Position numbers and translations under genes: made by a program. Shown piece by piece: positions 15,865-29,973 of a stretch of DNA of 64,000 nt (position 1 is its first letter; each line of letters starts with the position of its first letter). The notes beneath the pieces are model-generated. The model was given only the letters and a program-made list of their open reading frames with translations, did not search any database and had not been told where the DNA came from. This stretch comes from the human T2T-CHM13v2.0 reference genome, Homo sapiens: assembly GCF_009914755.1 (NCBI RefSeq), contig NC_060932.1. The stretch is one strand, 5' to 3'.

Positions 15865-16405
15865 CATTTTCTGTGATGACAACACCTGAAATATACTCTC
15901 AGAGCAATATCAAAATGTGCAGTACTCAACTGTTAGCTATATTCACCACACTGTGCAGTAGATGTCCAAAAAAATCAAACTTATCCTTTTTATCTGACTG
16001 AGACTTTGTACCCTTTGACTATCATTTTCCCATTCCACCTACCCCCAGCCTCTGTACCCACCACTGTACTCTCTGCTTCTGGGAGTTCAATTGTTTTATA
16101 TCTCACATATAAATGAGAACATGTGGGATTTGTCTATGTTTGGCATATTTCACTTAGCATAATGTTCTCCAATTCTATCCATGTTGTTGCAAATGACATA
16201 ATTTCTTCCTTTTTAAAAGCTGAACATATTCCATTGTGTCTATATACCACATTTTCTTTTTCCATTCATCCATTAATGGACATTTAGGTTGATCCCACAT
16301 CTTTGCTATTGTGAATACTGTTGCAATAAACATGAGGGTGCAGATATCTCTTGACACACAAATTTCAAACTTTTTAGGTAAATACCCAGATGTGACAGTG
16401 CTGGA
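15865..16405 (-). mobile_element. L1MA/MB fragment
   Basis: Antisense L1 3' region. The minus-strand ORF 16175-16423 resembles the ORF2 C-terminus (TIAKMWDQPKCP). Confidence 0.8.
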
Positions 16406-17104
16406 TCCCAAAAGCACCATCACAGAGGGCTACTGAGAGCCAGGAAATGGAACTGTGCAATGTGATACTGCTGAATGGGGTTCCTACGAGCTCTAGGGCT
16501 TCTCGGTCCTGTTTTATTCCTAGCAAGGGCAAAACAACAACTAAAAACAATTTTTAAAAATCTTTTAAAAAATCGTTTTTAGGCTACTTATAGCCTGTTT
16601 TCACTAGGTACACTGGGAATACTTGGTTCTTAGTGTGGCCTGAACACCAGAACCAAATGACCTGCTTCACCCAGTCCAGGACCCATGGCACCTGCTCTCT
16701 TCCATCTGAAGAGAACTGCATATATGAGACGAAGGCCAGGTCTCAGGGAGCAGCTTCAGCGTTTTAGCTCTTGCAAAATCTCCTGGACGATTTTATCAAC
16801 ATGCCAGGCAGGTCCCCCGTGCACTGTCAAAATGATCGTCATCCCTCCAAGAATGTCCTAGAGTCTGGAATGGCGGCGTGCTCTCTCACTTGATGCCACG
16901 AATGGATTTTCAGAATTCTTGCGTGGCTGCTCTCCTCCACAGGTATGCTTAAAGGCTTCCAAGGGGCAGTCCCTTATCTACCTGATCAGATAACTCAACC
17001 CACATCTCACTGATAACCCTGAATACAATAGCTTATAAGTATGAGAGGGATTTCTTTTCAATTTATAAGAGGCAGTGGTGACCGATTTATCTTAACCTAT
17101 GTAA

Positions 17105-17626
<522 letters not shown>

Positions 17627-20600
17627 CTCATGTCTCTTTATTTCCTCCAAATTTAAAGCCGCTCACGTTCCAGATACCTGATTTCAGCAGAGTTTCTTTT
17701 AATATTAATATTTCAAAATCACTCATTACCTCTTCCACACTCATTCTATTGTTTCTCACAAATAATTACTTGAGGTAAGCTCATAAAGTTATCTCCATTT
17801 TCTAGAAAAGGGGTTGATTGTTTTGTGGGGAGCACACAGTGTCCTGTCAGCAGTCCGCTTCCAGCCCTGGGTTGACTTCCGAGGCTTCGCTCAGCACTTC
17901 CGTAACACTTGCAATTTTGGCTAAAACTAAATTACTAATTATTTTGTCACTTGGGTTTTGTTACCCAGTGGCCAGAGACAAGACTACTGGATTCTCCATT
18001 TCTTCACATTCTGAGTATCTTGTTCCCTCCTCCATTTCTCTGAAAATTCTTTTTCATTTCTTACTTTCCTGTGGTTTCTAGCAGGAGGGAGAAGCCCCAG
18101 GGTTTTGCTGGGCTTGTGGCATGTAGGATGCTGCAGTGAGAAGAGGCACTGGGATTGCAAAGGTGAAGCGAACAAAAATCAAGGGTGAAGGGTTTAACTG
18201 TGATGTACAGATAGCAACAAGCTCAACATGTTCAGGAAAACAGAGTGGGCAGGGCCTGCCGACCAGGTACCCCTCTCACAGGTACGGACAGAACCCTCAG
18301 AGCGGCTGCCTCCCTGCTCACCATGAGCTCAAGGAATCAGGGCTCTCCTCTCACACTTCATCACCCCCTATTTTCCCAGAAACAACACTTTACAGATTAA
18401 AGAACGCTATGGAAAGAGATGAGTTTGCTTCTCTTTCTACAGGATCATGCCAATACCTGTAAGAGCCACACTACCTTTAGCAAGACCCAAGTATATACTG
18501 AAGCTGGCAAGCAGAGTGAGCTTTTGCTATCAGATTGATGATTTCAAAGAACATATAATGTAGTGGCTTTGTGAACAAACACTGAAATTTAACAGTCCAC
18601 AAAAATGTTTTACTACATACCTCCAAACCTGTTCAGAAGATGGTAAAATCAACAATATCCTCATGTTTAAACTACTCTAACAGAATAAATTGTTAACTTG
18701 CTAGAGGCCAGTTGCTTTAAAAATTCAAAGCATTATAAATATGCTACATAATATTAAAAGACACTTTGGAATGAGAGAAAAAGCAAATAACCTTCATTTT
18801 GGAAGACATACTTGAAGCCTGATTAAGAAGCAAGCTCTAAACTTTGTATTTACTGAGTGGGTAAATTGATAACAAGGTGTTTAAATCCTACCATCTGCAG
18901 TTCACTTTCAACATGGACAATTTGCTGTGTAGTAAGTGTAAACTAATCTTGGGGAGTTGTGGGAAGAAGCCAAATCTGGGTTCCTTAATGAGGAACATCC
19001 TGAATGATGCTTAAATCCAAGCTGTGTAACTTCCCACACGCCGCAGATTAGAGAATTTCAAAGATACACTAACATAAGCATCCAGAACGCTCCATAAGTC
19101 TTTGGCCATAAACAAATGGACAACTAAATGATTTCATTTCCCAGCTCAGAAGATGTTTTCCTAGCAAATCAAAACAAACACATTTAGCATCTACTTGTAT
19201 TTTACCACAGCCTACTAACTGGAATCTTAAACTCAGCTTTATGACAATTAATATGTTCCAGGATTTTAAAAAAAGAAATAAAAGGTACATCTAAAGCAAT
19301 AAATGTAGCTTCCTTTGAAGGAGAAAAATTAAAGAAGCATTTTAGAGAAGTGGATGACATTTCCTTTCCTTATTCCTGTCTTTTCAGGTCAACACATATT
19401 CATTTGCATGTGACTGTGTGTGCGTATCTGTATGTGTGTCTGTCCCTTAGAGGAAAGCATCTGCATAGATACAAGAAATATTTTTGTCCCCCAAAGATTT
19501 TACAACTGTTTTGTGAGTAAAGCCCCACAGGTTTTAGAACAGGTGTCTCTACCATTTCATGTATCGCTTGTTTTGTACGTAGTTATAGCAATGGAGAAAC
19601 ATGATGCCAATAAGATACTTTTCATGCCTATTTGTTGGCCTTGGTTTGCGCACGCACGCCTGTGTGTGTGTGTGTGCTCACAGAATGGAGGTGAGTCCAG
19701 TCATGTCTGTAATTTCTAACTTTCCTGTTGTCAATTAGCAATTTGCAAATAGTGTTGAAACCAGCCCTGCTTCTTTCTTCAGGACTAAACAGTTTGTAAC
19801 GACAATGTAGCAGCATTCGGCCATTCTCTGAGAGATAATGGCAGTCTTCATTAGCAACATGTGGGTATTAACTTATCCCCTTGTGACACGTAGTTCTTTG
19901 TGAAGTCTTTGAGCATTGATGTCCAATGGATCTTTTTATTTTGTTTTTTTCCATTTCAGTCTTTCCCCACTGACGTCATATTCTGGTTCCCAGAAATAGA
20001 CAAGTAGTTCCCATTAAAGTCGATGGTAACAAAATATGTCTAAATGTGGCCTTCATTTTTTAAGTGTTCAAAGTTTGGTTTGTTTTGCCTTTTCTCCCTG
20101 AAAAGCTTGTTCATGTTGAACTCCTCCTGGGAGCTGATCTAACTGCTAGATTCACCTCAAAATGAACACAGTAGTCATATATGCAGTTAATTAAATCCGT
20201 CTCCTTTCACAAGGAAATGAGAGGTTTTGAATGTAAATGTCTTCATCTGCAGTTGAGTATTCTCCTAATTTCTCATCCCAGCAATCTCTGATACTGAATC
20301 TATATTAAATCATAAAAATAACTGAAAAACCAGAAGGTTCTTCAATAAGCTTGAAAGTTTATTGTCCAAAGTATGTCAATATTAATATTTCTAAGTTATC
20401 CTTTTCTTTCTTTGAAAGGTCTGTAATTAAATACTGTGTCTCTTTTTATATAAAATAAGAGAAATCAAAAAGACATTTGTATATTTCTAAACTTAAAACT
20501 TTACGATAGGCTCTTCAGTCTATTACATTTCAGATGAATCAATGATATGACTTTTTGTTAAATAAAAAAAGGATTATATTGAGCTTGAGTTAACCCACTT

Positions 20601-21057
20601 GCTGCCCTGTTTTCTAATAATTTCATTATAGCCTGCACTTTTTATTCATGCTTCCACGATCCTATCAGTTCAGGTAATTTCCATAAAATTGGTACTTTCT
20701 AAAACGGCTTACCCTTGGAACAAAGGAGCATCTGCCTGCTAAGGTGGTGGTTACTCATAAAAAAAATAGAGGAGTAGGTGGTCGGAGAGACACATAGATT
20801 TTAGACAGTTGCCTAAGATGAAGAACAGGTGTTTTCACTCTAGAATTTGGGGAATTCATTTAAAATCGAGCACTTAAATCACAGACCTAGCCACTGCCTT
20901 TATTTCTGCAGTCAAGCTCTTAGAAGGATGATGGTGTAGCTGCTAGCCTTGACAACAACGCAGAGTGGAACTGACAGCAGGAGTAACTGCACAGAATGTG
21001 TTCTGTGCTTAGAACAAATGTTGAGTGCAGAGTACTCGCTACTAGGCCTTCCTCTAA

Positions 21058-21707
<650 letters not shown>

Positions 21708-21824
21708 TATTTAATTATTTTTGATTCAACACAAAGTCCCCTTTGTCACGGGGCTTACTGAAACAGAGCTGCGGGCACATCCACCTGCTGCTGAGGCACG
21801 AGTCCACACGGCACGCTCACTCTG

Positions 21825-22356
21825 TGTGGCGGGCAGAATCGTAGCGCCCCAGATGCCCACGTCCTAATCCTCAGAGCCTGTGAACACATTACTTCCCATG
21901 GCAAAAGGGACTCTGTGCATGAGATGAAGGTATGAATGGTGACGTGGGAAGGTTAGCCTTGGGTTCTCCCGGGGTCCACTGCAATGACACAAGTGCTTAA
22001 AGTCAGAGAACATTTCCTGGCTGTGGTCAGAGAGAAAGATGTGGCTAGGGACAAAGGGTCCAAGAAAGGCAATGTTGCTGGTTTTGAAGATGGAGGAAGA
22101 GGGCTTTCAGCTTCTAGAGGCCACTCACATTCCTTGACTCAACACAAGGAATGTGAGTGGCCTCTAGACGCTGAAAAAGGAAAGGAGGTGGATTCTCCCC
22201 TAGAGCCTCCAAAAAGGCAGTGCTGACTCCTGATTTTAGCCCAGTGAGACACCTGTCTGACTTCTGGCCTACAGAATTCCAAGATCACACATTTGTGTTG
22301 TTTTAAGCCACTAGGTCTGTGGCAATTCGTTAAGGTAGCAAGAGAAAATGAATACA
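21825..22356 (+). mobile_element. MLT1D-like solo LTR carrying an internal inverted duplication
   Basis: tgtggcgggcagaat...gaaaatgaataca, with 5-bp flanks ctctg/ctctc. Confidence 0.85.
22105..22176. repeat. 32-bp inverted repeat with an 8-nt spacer (31/32 complementary)
   Basis: tttcagcttctagaggccactcacattccttg-actcaaca-caaggaatgtgagtggcctctagacgctgaaa. Confidence 0.97.
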
Positions 22357-22394
22357 CTCTCCCTGTCACCTGAACAAGGAAGGGAGAGGGCTTG

Positions 22395-22580
22395 GCATGT
22401 GGAGTCTGTTAGACTTGGATTAAAACTCCAGCTCTACTGCAGACCAGCTGTGTGTCCTTATGCAAGTCATTTTATCTCTCTGAGCCTCTTTTTCATCATT
22501 TGTAAGCTGAAGGCTACGTGACTGCACCGGATTATCTGAGAGGTGAATGCCTTGACCATAGTGGTGTTTAATAAATGAGG
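22395..22580 (+). mobile_element. MIR
   Basis: agctgtgtgtccttatgcaagtc...ctctctgagcctc...tgtaa. Confidence 0.65.
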
Positions 22581-24413
22581 GCTTTCATTACACATCTTTC
22601 TCTCTTTTGCTCTCTCTTGAGTCCAACATCCAGTCATGAAATTCTTTACACTCCCTTTCTCACTCCATATTAATTTAAGTTCAATTTCCTTTGTATTTTT
22701 GTTCATTCCTTCAGCCCATTGCTCTCTCACTTGTCTTCCTAAGAGAATCCTATCATTAAGCCACTCTCTCAATCAAAAGCCATTAATAACTCCCGCCCCT
22801 AGAATCACATTCCATATCTTTGCCCCAGCATTCAAGGCCCCCATTGGCTGGCCCCATTCTACCTCACAACCTCATTGAGTGCCAGTCCATTTCCCAGAGT
22901 GTGAACCCCAACCCAGGAGACCAGTCCCTAGCCTCAGGAACACCTGGCAGATGTCAGCGTTATCCACACGCTCCCTGGCCAGCTGGTATGGAGATGCCCC
23001 CCCTGGACCTTCTGCCCTGCTGAGGTTGGTCTGCCCACTGTCTCCACACCTTCGCCCCTGCAGTCTTTTCTGCTTCTCCAGGTGGATGTCCCTAATTTCC
23101 CACCTGCCTCCCTCTGGGTTCCTAACAGTGCCTGCCATTTGCCTCTCTAAACTGTGAGTCACCTTTGATATGTTTGCGTCTTGTCTCCCAGGTAGCTGGT
23201 AAACCCTTGGCTGGTGGGGCCCCTTCCCTCTTTGAAATCTCCACAGTGTGTCCACAGAACATCCTCAAAAAATATTCCTCAGCTGATGACCCATCCACTT
23301 CCATCTGAAGTTCCCCCAGGAAGACAGGTGCTCGCAGACAGGGGTCTTATTCTGTTCTGTCTGTTCTCAGAGCCAGCATCTTGCCCTGGTTGGCTTTCCT
23401 CTCAGCAGGTAGCACTCCATATTTCTCTCCGCCTCTAACACACCCCTCAACCCCACCCTTGGGCTCTGCGGCCAAAATGCAAAGGGATAAAAAGTCCTAG
23501 GAAGCAGGACTGGGTTGTATCTATCTTGTCCGAGAGAAATGTTCCTGCCCCATAATCTACCTCCAAGGAATATGGATAATAGTTACTGTCTTTTTGAGAT
23601 GTCAGTCATCTGAGATCTCAATCTTCTCTCATCTTCGAGGTCTGAAACAAGTGTTTTGCCCTCTTCAGGCCAGTCTGGGGTCTGCAAAGGAGATGCCTGG
23701 GAAACCTTATCTGGGAGGACTCCACAATTGGGGTTTTGCCTAAAACCTTGGTGGTGGCACATCCTGAACCAGAGGGACCTGAGGGAAGCACCTCTCGCCC
23801 GAGAGGAGCCTGGGTCTGTAGGGCAATCATGGCTGAGTTCTGCCTCCACCCCTCACCCCTCACCACTTGGAAGGTCTGTTTGAGATTTCTTGGTCCTTTG
23901 ATATTCGACTCCAACAAAAATGTGAAGCATTCCTGCTGAACATGGGCACAGACAGCTCTACTTAGGAATTTCATTTTGGTTTGAGTAAGCAATTGATAAA
24001 ACCTTACATTACGGTTATCTCATCATTTTTGCTGCACTTAGCATATTCCTGGATTGCATGTGGGAGGGCTGGGGAGAGGGGGTGATGGTCAAACAAGATA
24101 AGCTTTGAAGTTCTGTTTAATTCTGAATATTGGTTTTATTGAAATAGAGGCCCCAGCATAAAAGATGGTAAAGGCAGTTTCTCTCAGTGGGTGAGGGATG
24201 CAGTGAGCCTGACGTTTTTCTTGGGACATTTGGTGGCCATCCTAGTGGTGGGAGGACAGCAAAGACGGAGCTAGAACAGACCTTTGCTCCGTCCCAAATT
24301 TCTCTCCTTAACCTCCTCTTACACCTGATTTTACACGTATATTTATCTATTTATATTTTTCAGCTTTTAAAAATAAAAGTTCTAAACCTTTGCAAAAGTA
24401 CAAAGGATAATAA

Positions 24414-24845
<432 letters not shown>

Positions 24846-25052
24846 TAATATTCCAAATCAAATATCAGGTAAAGATACATGCCATTAACACACCTAACAA
24901 TATTAACTCTAAATCCTTTATATCATCTAAATTCCTATGCGAACATTTCCTTGATAGTCTCAACAATGTCCTTTAAAGTCAGTTTTTGAATCTACATCCT
25001 GACAGTTCACACACTGTATTTGATTGATTGATCCTTTAAGATCTAGGAGTTC

Positions 25053-25556
25053 TGTTGTGGGCAGGATAAGGGCCCCCAAAGATGCCCATGTCCTAATCCA
25101 TGTCACCTGTGGTATGTTACTTTACCTGGCAAGGCAACTTTGCAGATATCATCAGGTTAAGTACCTGGAGATGGGACAAGTAGCCAGGATTATATAGGTG
25201 GGCCCAATCTAATCACACAAGTGCTTAAAATTAAAGAACCTTTCCCAGCTGAGGACAGAGATAGAGACATGATGATCGGAGAAGGGTGTGAGGGATGGGT
25301 CATTACTGGCTCTGTACTTGGAGGAAGGGGCCATGAACCCAGGAATGCAGTGGCCACTAGAATCTGGAAAGGCAAGGAAACGGCTTCTCCCCTAGAGCCT
25401 CCAGAAAGGAACTCAGCCCTGGGGACACCTCAATAGCTCCAGCGAGTCCATGGGAGACTTCTGACCTATAGAACTGCAAGATCACACATTGCTGTTGGTT
25501 TAAACCACCATGTTTGTGGCAATTTGTCACCACAGCCATGGAAAAATGAATATACA
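25053..25556 (+). mobile_element. MLT1D-like solo LTR
   Basis: Collinear with the 21825-22356 copy but lacks the inverted duplication. Confidence 0.85.
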
Positions 25557-27004
25557 TCTTTTTAAGGGGGACTGAAAGTCACACTGAGGTGTAAGGTTGG
25601 TGATGGGCCCAGGGAAAGGTAAGGGTCTGGCTGAGATGCCTGGGGAGGGGAGGCTGGGCCTGAGAAGAGCGGCCCAGGTGCCAGGGGACCTTCGGTTGCC
25701 TCTGCCCACTCCTCACGGGCCAGTCAGGCAAGAAGAGAAGAGCTCGCCCTCCTGCTGCAGTGGCCTCTTCGCAGCAGGATCAGGCCACCTCCCACCTACA
25801 CCCTTCAGCAGCCTCCCCTGCCCTTGGAAGGCAATCACGCACCATGCCCCCGTTACTCCTCCGCTCTGTGCTGGGCTCCTTTCTGTCCCTCTGCTGGGAC
25901 AAGCTCCCTCCTGCCTCAGGGATTCCCGCTGGCTAGTCCCTCTGGCCATCCCTTCTCCACTGGCTGCTCATCAGCTCCAGGTCTCAGCTCCAGGGAGGCC
26001 TCCACTGACCACTCTGTCTAGAGTGTGCCCCCCAACAAATCACAGGACTGTGCTTATTTCCCTCATAGCACTTGTCTCAGTCTGTCATTATTTCTGAAGG
26101 AAGGGGCTGGCCTGTCTGACTCACTACTGGGGTATGGCCATGCATTCAACAAACACTCATGGAGAACCAGGCACCAGGCTGGGCGCTAACAGACAGTCAT
26201 CACCTTTCCATGGCATGTGTCCCAGCAGGGAGACAGGCAGGACAGCGACGGCAGTGGAACCAGACAGCTGTGAGGAAAGGACATACAGCAATGACACCAA
26301 GAGGTGGTGCTCAAGTCGCCCTGGAGGAAATGGAGGTGTCCCAGAGAGGCAGCATTTGGGGTGAGCCACAGGGAGCTGGGGCGCAAAGCCACTCAGATTG
26401 GCTGCAGCCACCAGGGCGAGTGGGAATCCAGGACACCGTGAGTGTCCCAGGCAGTTTCAAAGCTGTGGTGTAGTAAAGGGCAATGCCTTATTCTGGGGAA
26501 GGCTGGGCCAAGCCCAGGGAGTGGAAGCTGCAGGCAAACGGATTCGGGCTCAAAACAGGAAGGAATCTTGTGTCCAGCGAGGGCACGCTAGATGCTAAGA
26601 CTGGGTGACGCCTACTACCTTGGGCCAAATGTCAGATGGGAGGCAGGTGGCTGTGTAGGCCTCTCATCTTTCAGGCTCCCTGATACTCAGGGTTAGGCCC
26701 GCTAACGGGGACAAGGCCACATAGGTAAACAGCACCAGCAAATTTGCAACGTGAGAAGGGCTATCAGAGAGGTGGCGTTCAGAACTACCTAATGTGTGGG
26801 GAGCTTGATTTGCTGGTAAAAGCTGTCTTCCTTCCCGCTGTTAGGAGGACACATTTGGACCTGACCTTCACCACTGGTCATGTGAGAAAGCCTCTATACC
26901 TGGTTCCTCAACGTCTCCGTTTAGAAGACTGCATCAGCAAAACCATCCTACCATGGGAATTAACTGATGGATGTGTCTGGACTTCCCAGGGGGTTCTCCA
27001 TGGA

Positions 27005-27165
27005 CAGTATTGTGCTGGTAAATATTTAACAACTGACTCTTCGTGGGGAGAAAATCACTAAGTGTAGCATCTGTTAACACCTCCACCCTGGCTGATGCGC
27101 AGTTGGGAAGACATGTGCACAGCTGGCACCGTGAGCTGGCAGGAGCTGCTCCAGCACCCGCATTG
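27005..27165 (-). mobile_element. MER63-like hAT MITE
   Basis: Degenerate TIRs CAGTATTGTGCTGG / CCAGCACCCGCATTG and internal gtaaatatttaacaac. Confidence 0.55.
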
Positions 27166-27247
27166 CATGCAAAAGTCAAGCACTATCTCCAGCTCCCTGA
27201 ATCCTGTGTGAAGGCAGGACAGCAAGCTGGTTAAGAGGCTAAGATTT

Positions 27248-27476
27248 GACTGGGCATGGTGGCTCATGCCTGTAATCCCAGCACTTTGGGAGGCCGAGGC
27301 AGGCAGATCACTTGAGGTGAGGAGTTCGAGACCAGCCTGGCCAACATGGTGAAACCCCATCTCTACTGAAAAATACAAAAATTAGCCTCACATGGGGGTG
27401 CACGCCTGTAATCCCAGCTACTCAAGAGCCTGAGGCAGGAGAATTGCTTGAACCCGGGAGGTAGAGGCCGCAGTGA
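27248..27476 (+). mobile_element. AluS, 3'-truncated, inserted in a MIR
   Basis: Ends at GCAGTGA with no A-tail. TSD AAGAGGCT(A/G)AGATT. Confidence 0.88.
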
Positions 27477-27619
27477 CAGGGGTGGGAAAGAGGCTGAGAT
27501 TCGCAGCTGAACAAACTTGGGCTCAATGAGCAGCTCCAACTCTTACCGGTCATATGACCTTGAGCAAGTACAAATCTCAATTAGTAAATAGGAAAGCATC
27601 TTCTGCTGATGAAGCATTC

Positions 27620-27830
27620 ATTCTGTTCTAAGGACTTGCCATCTCCTAACTCACTTAATCTTCACAGTAACCACAACAGGTTGGTTTGACTCTCATTCGC
27701 AGTTAAAGACGAGGAGACGGAGACCTAGAGGAAGTCATTTGTACAAGGCCATATGGCTTGCTCCTGATAGATCTGGAATTTGGACTCAGGCAGCCTGGTT
27801 CTGGAGCTGAATTCTGAACTACCTATATCA
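27620..27830 (-). mobile_element. MIR
   Basis: Antisense MIR core. Confidence 0.55.
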
Positions 27831-28099
27831 TCCCACCTCAGTCCAGTGAGAGAACGTGTCACCTGAGTGCTCAAGATACATCAAGAGCCCGACCATGTCC
27901 TGGAGCCTCTTAAGAGCGAAGCTCAGGGTGCAGGACCTGAGAGGGTGTTAATCAGCCGCTTCCATTTTTTTCTTAATATGGGAAGACCAGATTTTGCTTG
28001 GCTTCTGGAAACCGCTGCCATCTTGCTTTTCCTCCTACTTCAGCTCTTGGTCTCCTGTGCAGCTGGCTTTTCCTTCTTCCTGACTTTTCAAGCCCATCC

Positions 28100-29520
28100 T
28101 TGGACCTCTTATCTTCTCCATCAAAATTCTCTCCCTGGATGATTTCACTGAGGCCGATGGCTTAAATCCCTTAGAAATACTGATAGCTCCAAATCCCTAT
28201 CTTTAGCCTGGCCTCCTGCCCTAGAATTCACTTGTCTAAGTGCCTAGTGGATTTCTCCACTTAGATGTCTCATAAGCATTTCAAACCTGCCCAAAACGAA
28301 ACTTGATTACCATCCCCAAACCACTCTTCCCTAAGAAAATGGTGTCCCCGTTCCACCAGTTGCTCAGGCAAAAACCCTAGCAATCAGCCTCACTTGCTTT
28401 CATTCTCTCTCATCTCCCACATCAAACCCATTAGCAAATTCTGTTGGTTCTTTTTTGAAATGTACTCGGAGGCTACTTCTCACCACATGCTCTGCTATGG
28501 TTCTAGCCCAAGCCACTGTCAGTCTCTCCCAGAGACACAAGCTGTACCTTCCTAACTCGCACCCCTGTGTGCATCCCTGCTCACCCAAAGCCAACCCTTT
28601 GCATATATCCAGAGTGATTTTTTTGAAATGTAAATAAGAACCGGTCACCACCCTATTCAAATCCTCCAGGGGCTTCTCATTTCTCTTAGAACAAAACCCA
28701 GACTCCTGACTACAGCCCCAAAGCCCTACATGATCCTGCCCCATTTACAGCTCCAGGCTCATTACCTACCTCGTGCTCCCAGCCCACGGATCATCGCCTA
28801 CCACATGCTCCCAGCCCCCGGATCTCCAGCACATCAGCCTCTTGGCTCTTCTTAGAACTCCCTGAATTCACTCCTGTCTCAAGGACTTTCCTGTGCTTTT
28901 CCTTAGACAGGAGACACCCCTCCCAGTTCACATGGCTCACTCGCTTCATCCAGGTCTCTTCTCCAGTGTCCCCTCCTTGTGACCCCTGGATCTAAAGGAG
29001 TTGAACCACCCTACTCCTACCCTTATATTCTCATAGCTCCTCACGCTGCCTCACTTTTAGCAAGATTTCATTAAAATTTTATTGCTGTCTAAAATTCTAT
29101 TATATATTTAACCATTTACTTGTTTAGTATCTGTGTCTTCCATTAGCAAGTAAGTTCTGGCCAGGCGTGGTGGCTCACACCTGTAATCCCAGCACTTTGG
29201 GAGGCTGAGGCAGGCAGATCACCTGAGGTCAGGAGTTTGAGACCAGCCTGGTCAACGTGGTGAAACCCTGTCTCTACTAAAAATACAAAAATTTGCCGGG
29301 TGTGGTGGCATGCACCTGTAATCTCAGCTACTCGGGAGGCTGAGGCAGGAGAATCGCTTGAACCTGGGAGGTGGAGGCTGCAGTGAGCCAAAAGAAAGAA
29401 AGAAAGTAAGTTCCATGAAGGCAGAAATTTTCTGCTTTATTCATTGCTGAATACTCAACATCTAGAATTGTAGACCCTCCATAGACACTTATTGGCTGAA
29501 TGACTGAAAGAATGAATGAG
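28100..29520 (+). mobile_element. L2a 3' portion, interrupted by an Alu
   Basis: cacttagatgtctcataagcatttcaaac, ccagagtgattttttgaaatg and terminal tgaatgactgaaagaatgaatg. Confidence 0.8.
29159..29403 (+). mobile_element. AluSx lacking ~50 nt of its 3' end, with an A-rich tail
   Basis: Ends GTGAGCC then AAAAGAAAGAAAG. TSD AAGTAAGTTC. Confidence 0.9.
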
Positions 29521-29973
29521 TGGTTAGAAACAGTACCCATGTGGAAGAATATATAGCCACCTCTTACACACAGTTTCATTAATTCTCAGAAGTTTTCTAT
29601 GGCAATTAGGGAGCAGATTATTTCGCCCGTTTATTGAAACCCAGAACTAACGATTGATGTTTAAAGACTAATCCGTCTGGAGTAAGTAGCTGCTGAATGT
29701 TGGCCGTTCAAATGAAGTAAGTTAAGTATTATGTGTCTCTAATGTATTTTAAACTTGTTTTATGTCAATTATATTATCACAACTTTGGAAGAAACTTTAT
29801 TAGGACAAACTTTAATATTTTTTTCTAGAAAGTATTTTTTTTAAACTAACACAAATGCAAAGTCACTGTAAAGTTCAAGAAGTAAACGATATCTTCTTTT
29901 AGTTACAGCTGAAAGGAAAGCACATCACTAATAATACCAAACTTGGTTTGGCAATTTTTAGAAACCCCATTTA

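Noticed and set aside
20110-20175. Possible alternative exon start cattttgag|GTGAATCTAG, superficially similar to the 41075 site
   Set aside because: GAG acceptor with a poor pyrimidine tract. The similarity is only ~15 nt and probably chance.
25597-26097. 166-aa plus-strand ORF
   Set aside because: GC-rich, partly L2-derived, with no recognisable homology.
28765-28824. 32-bp-period tandem duplication inside L2
   Set aside because: Ordinary two-copy slippage duplication.
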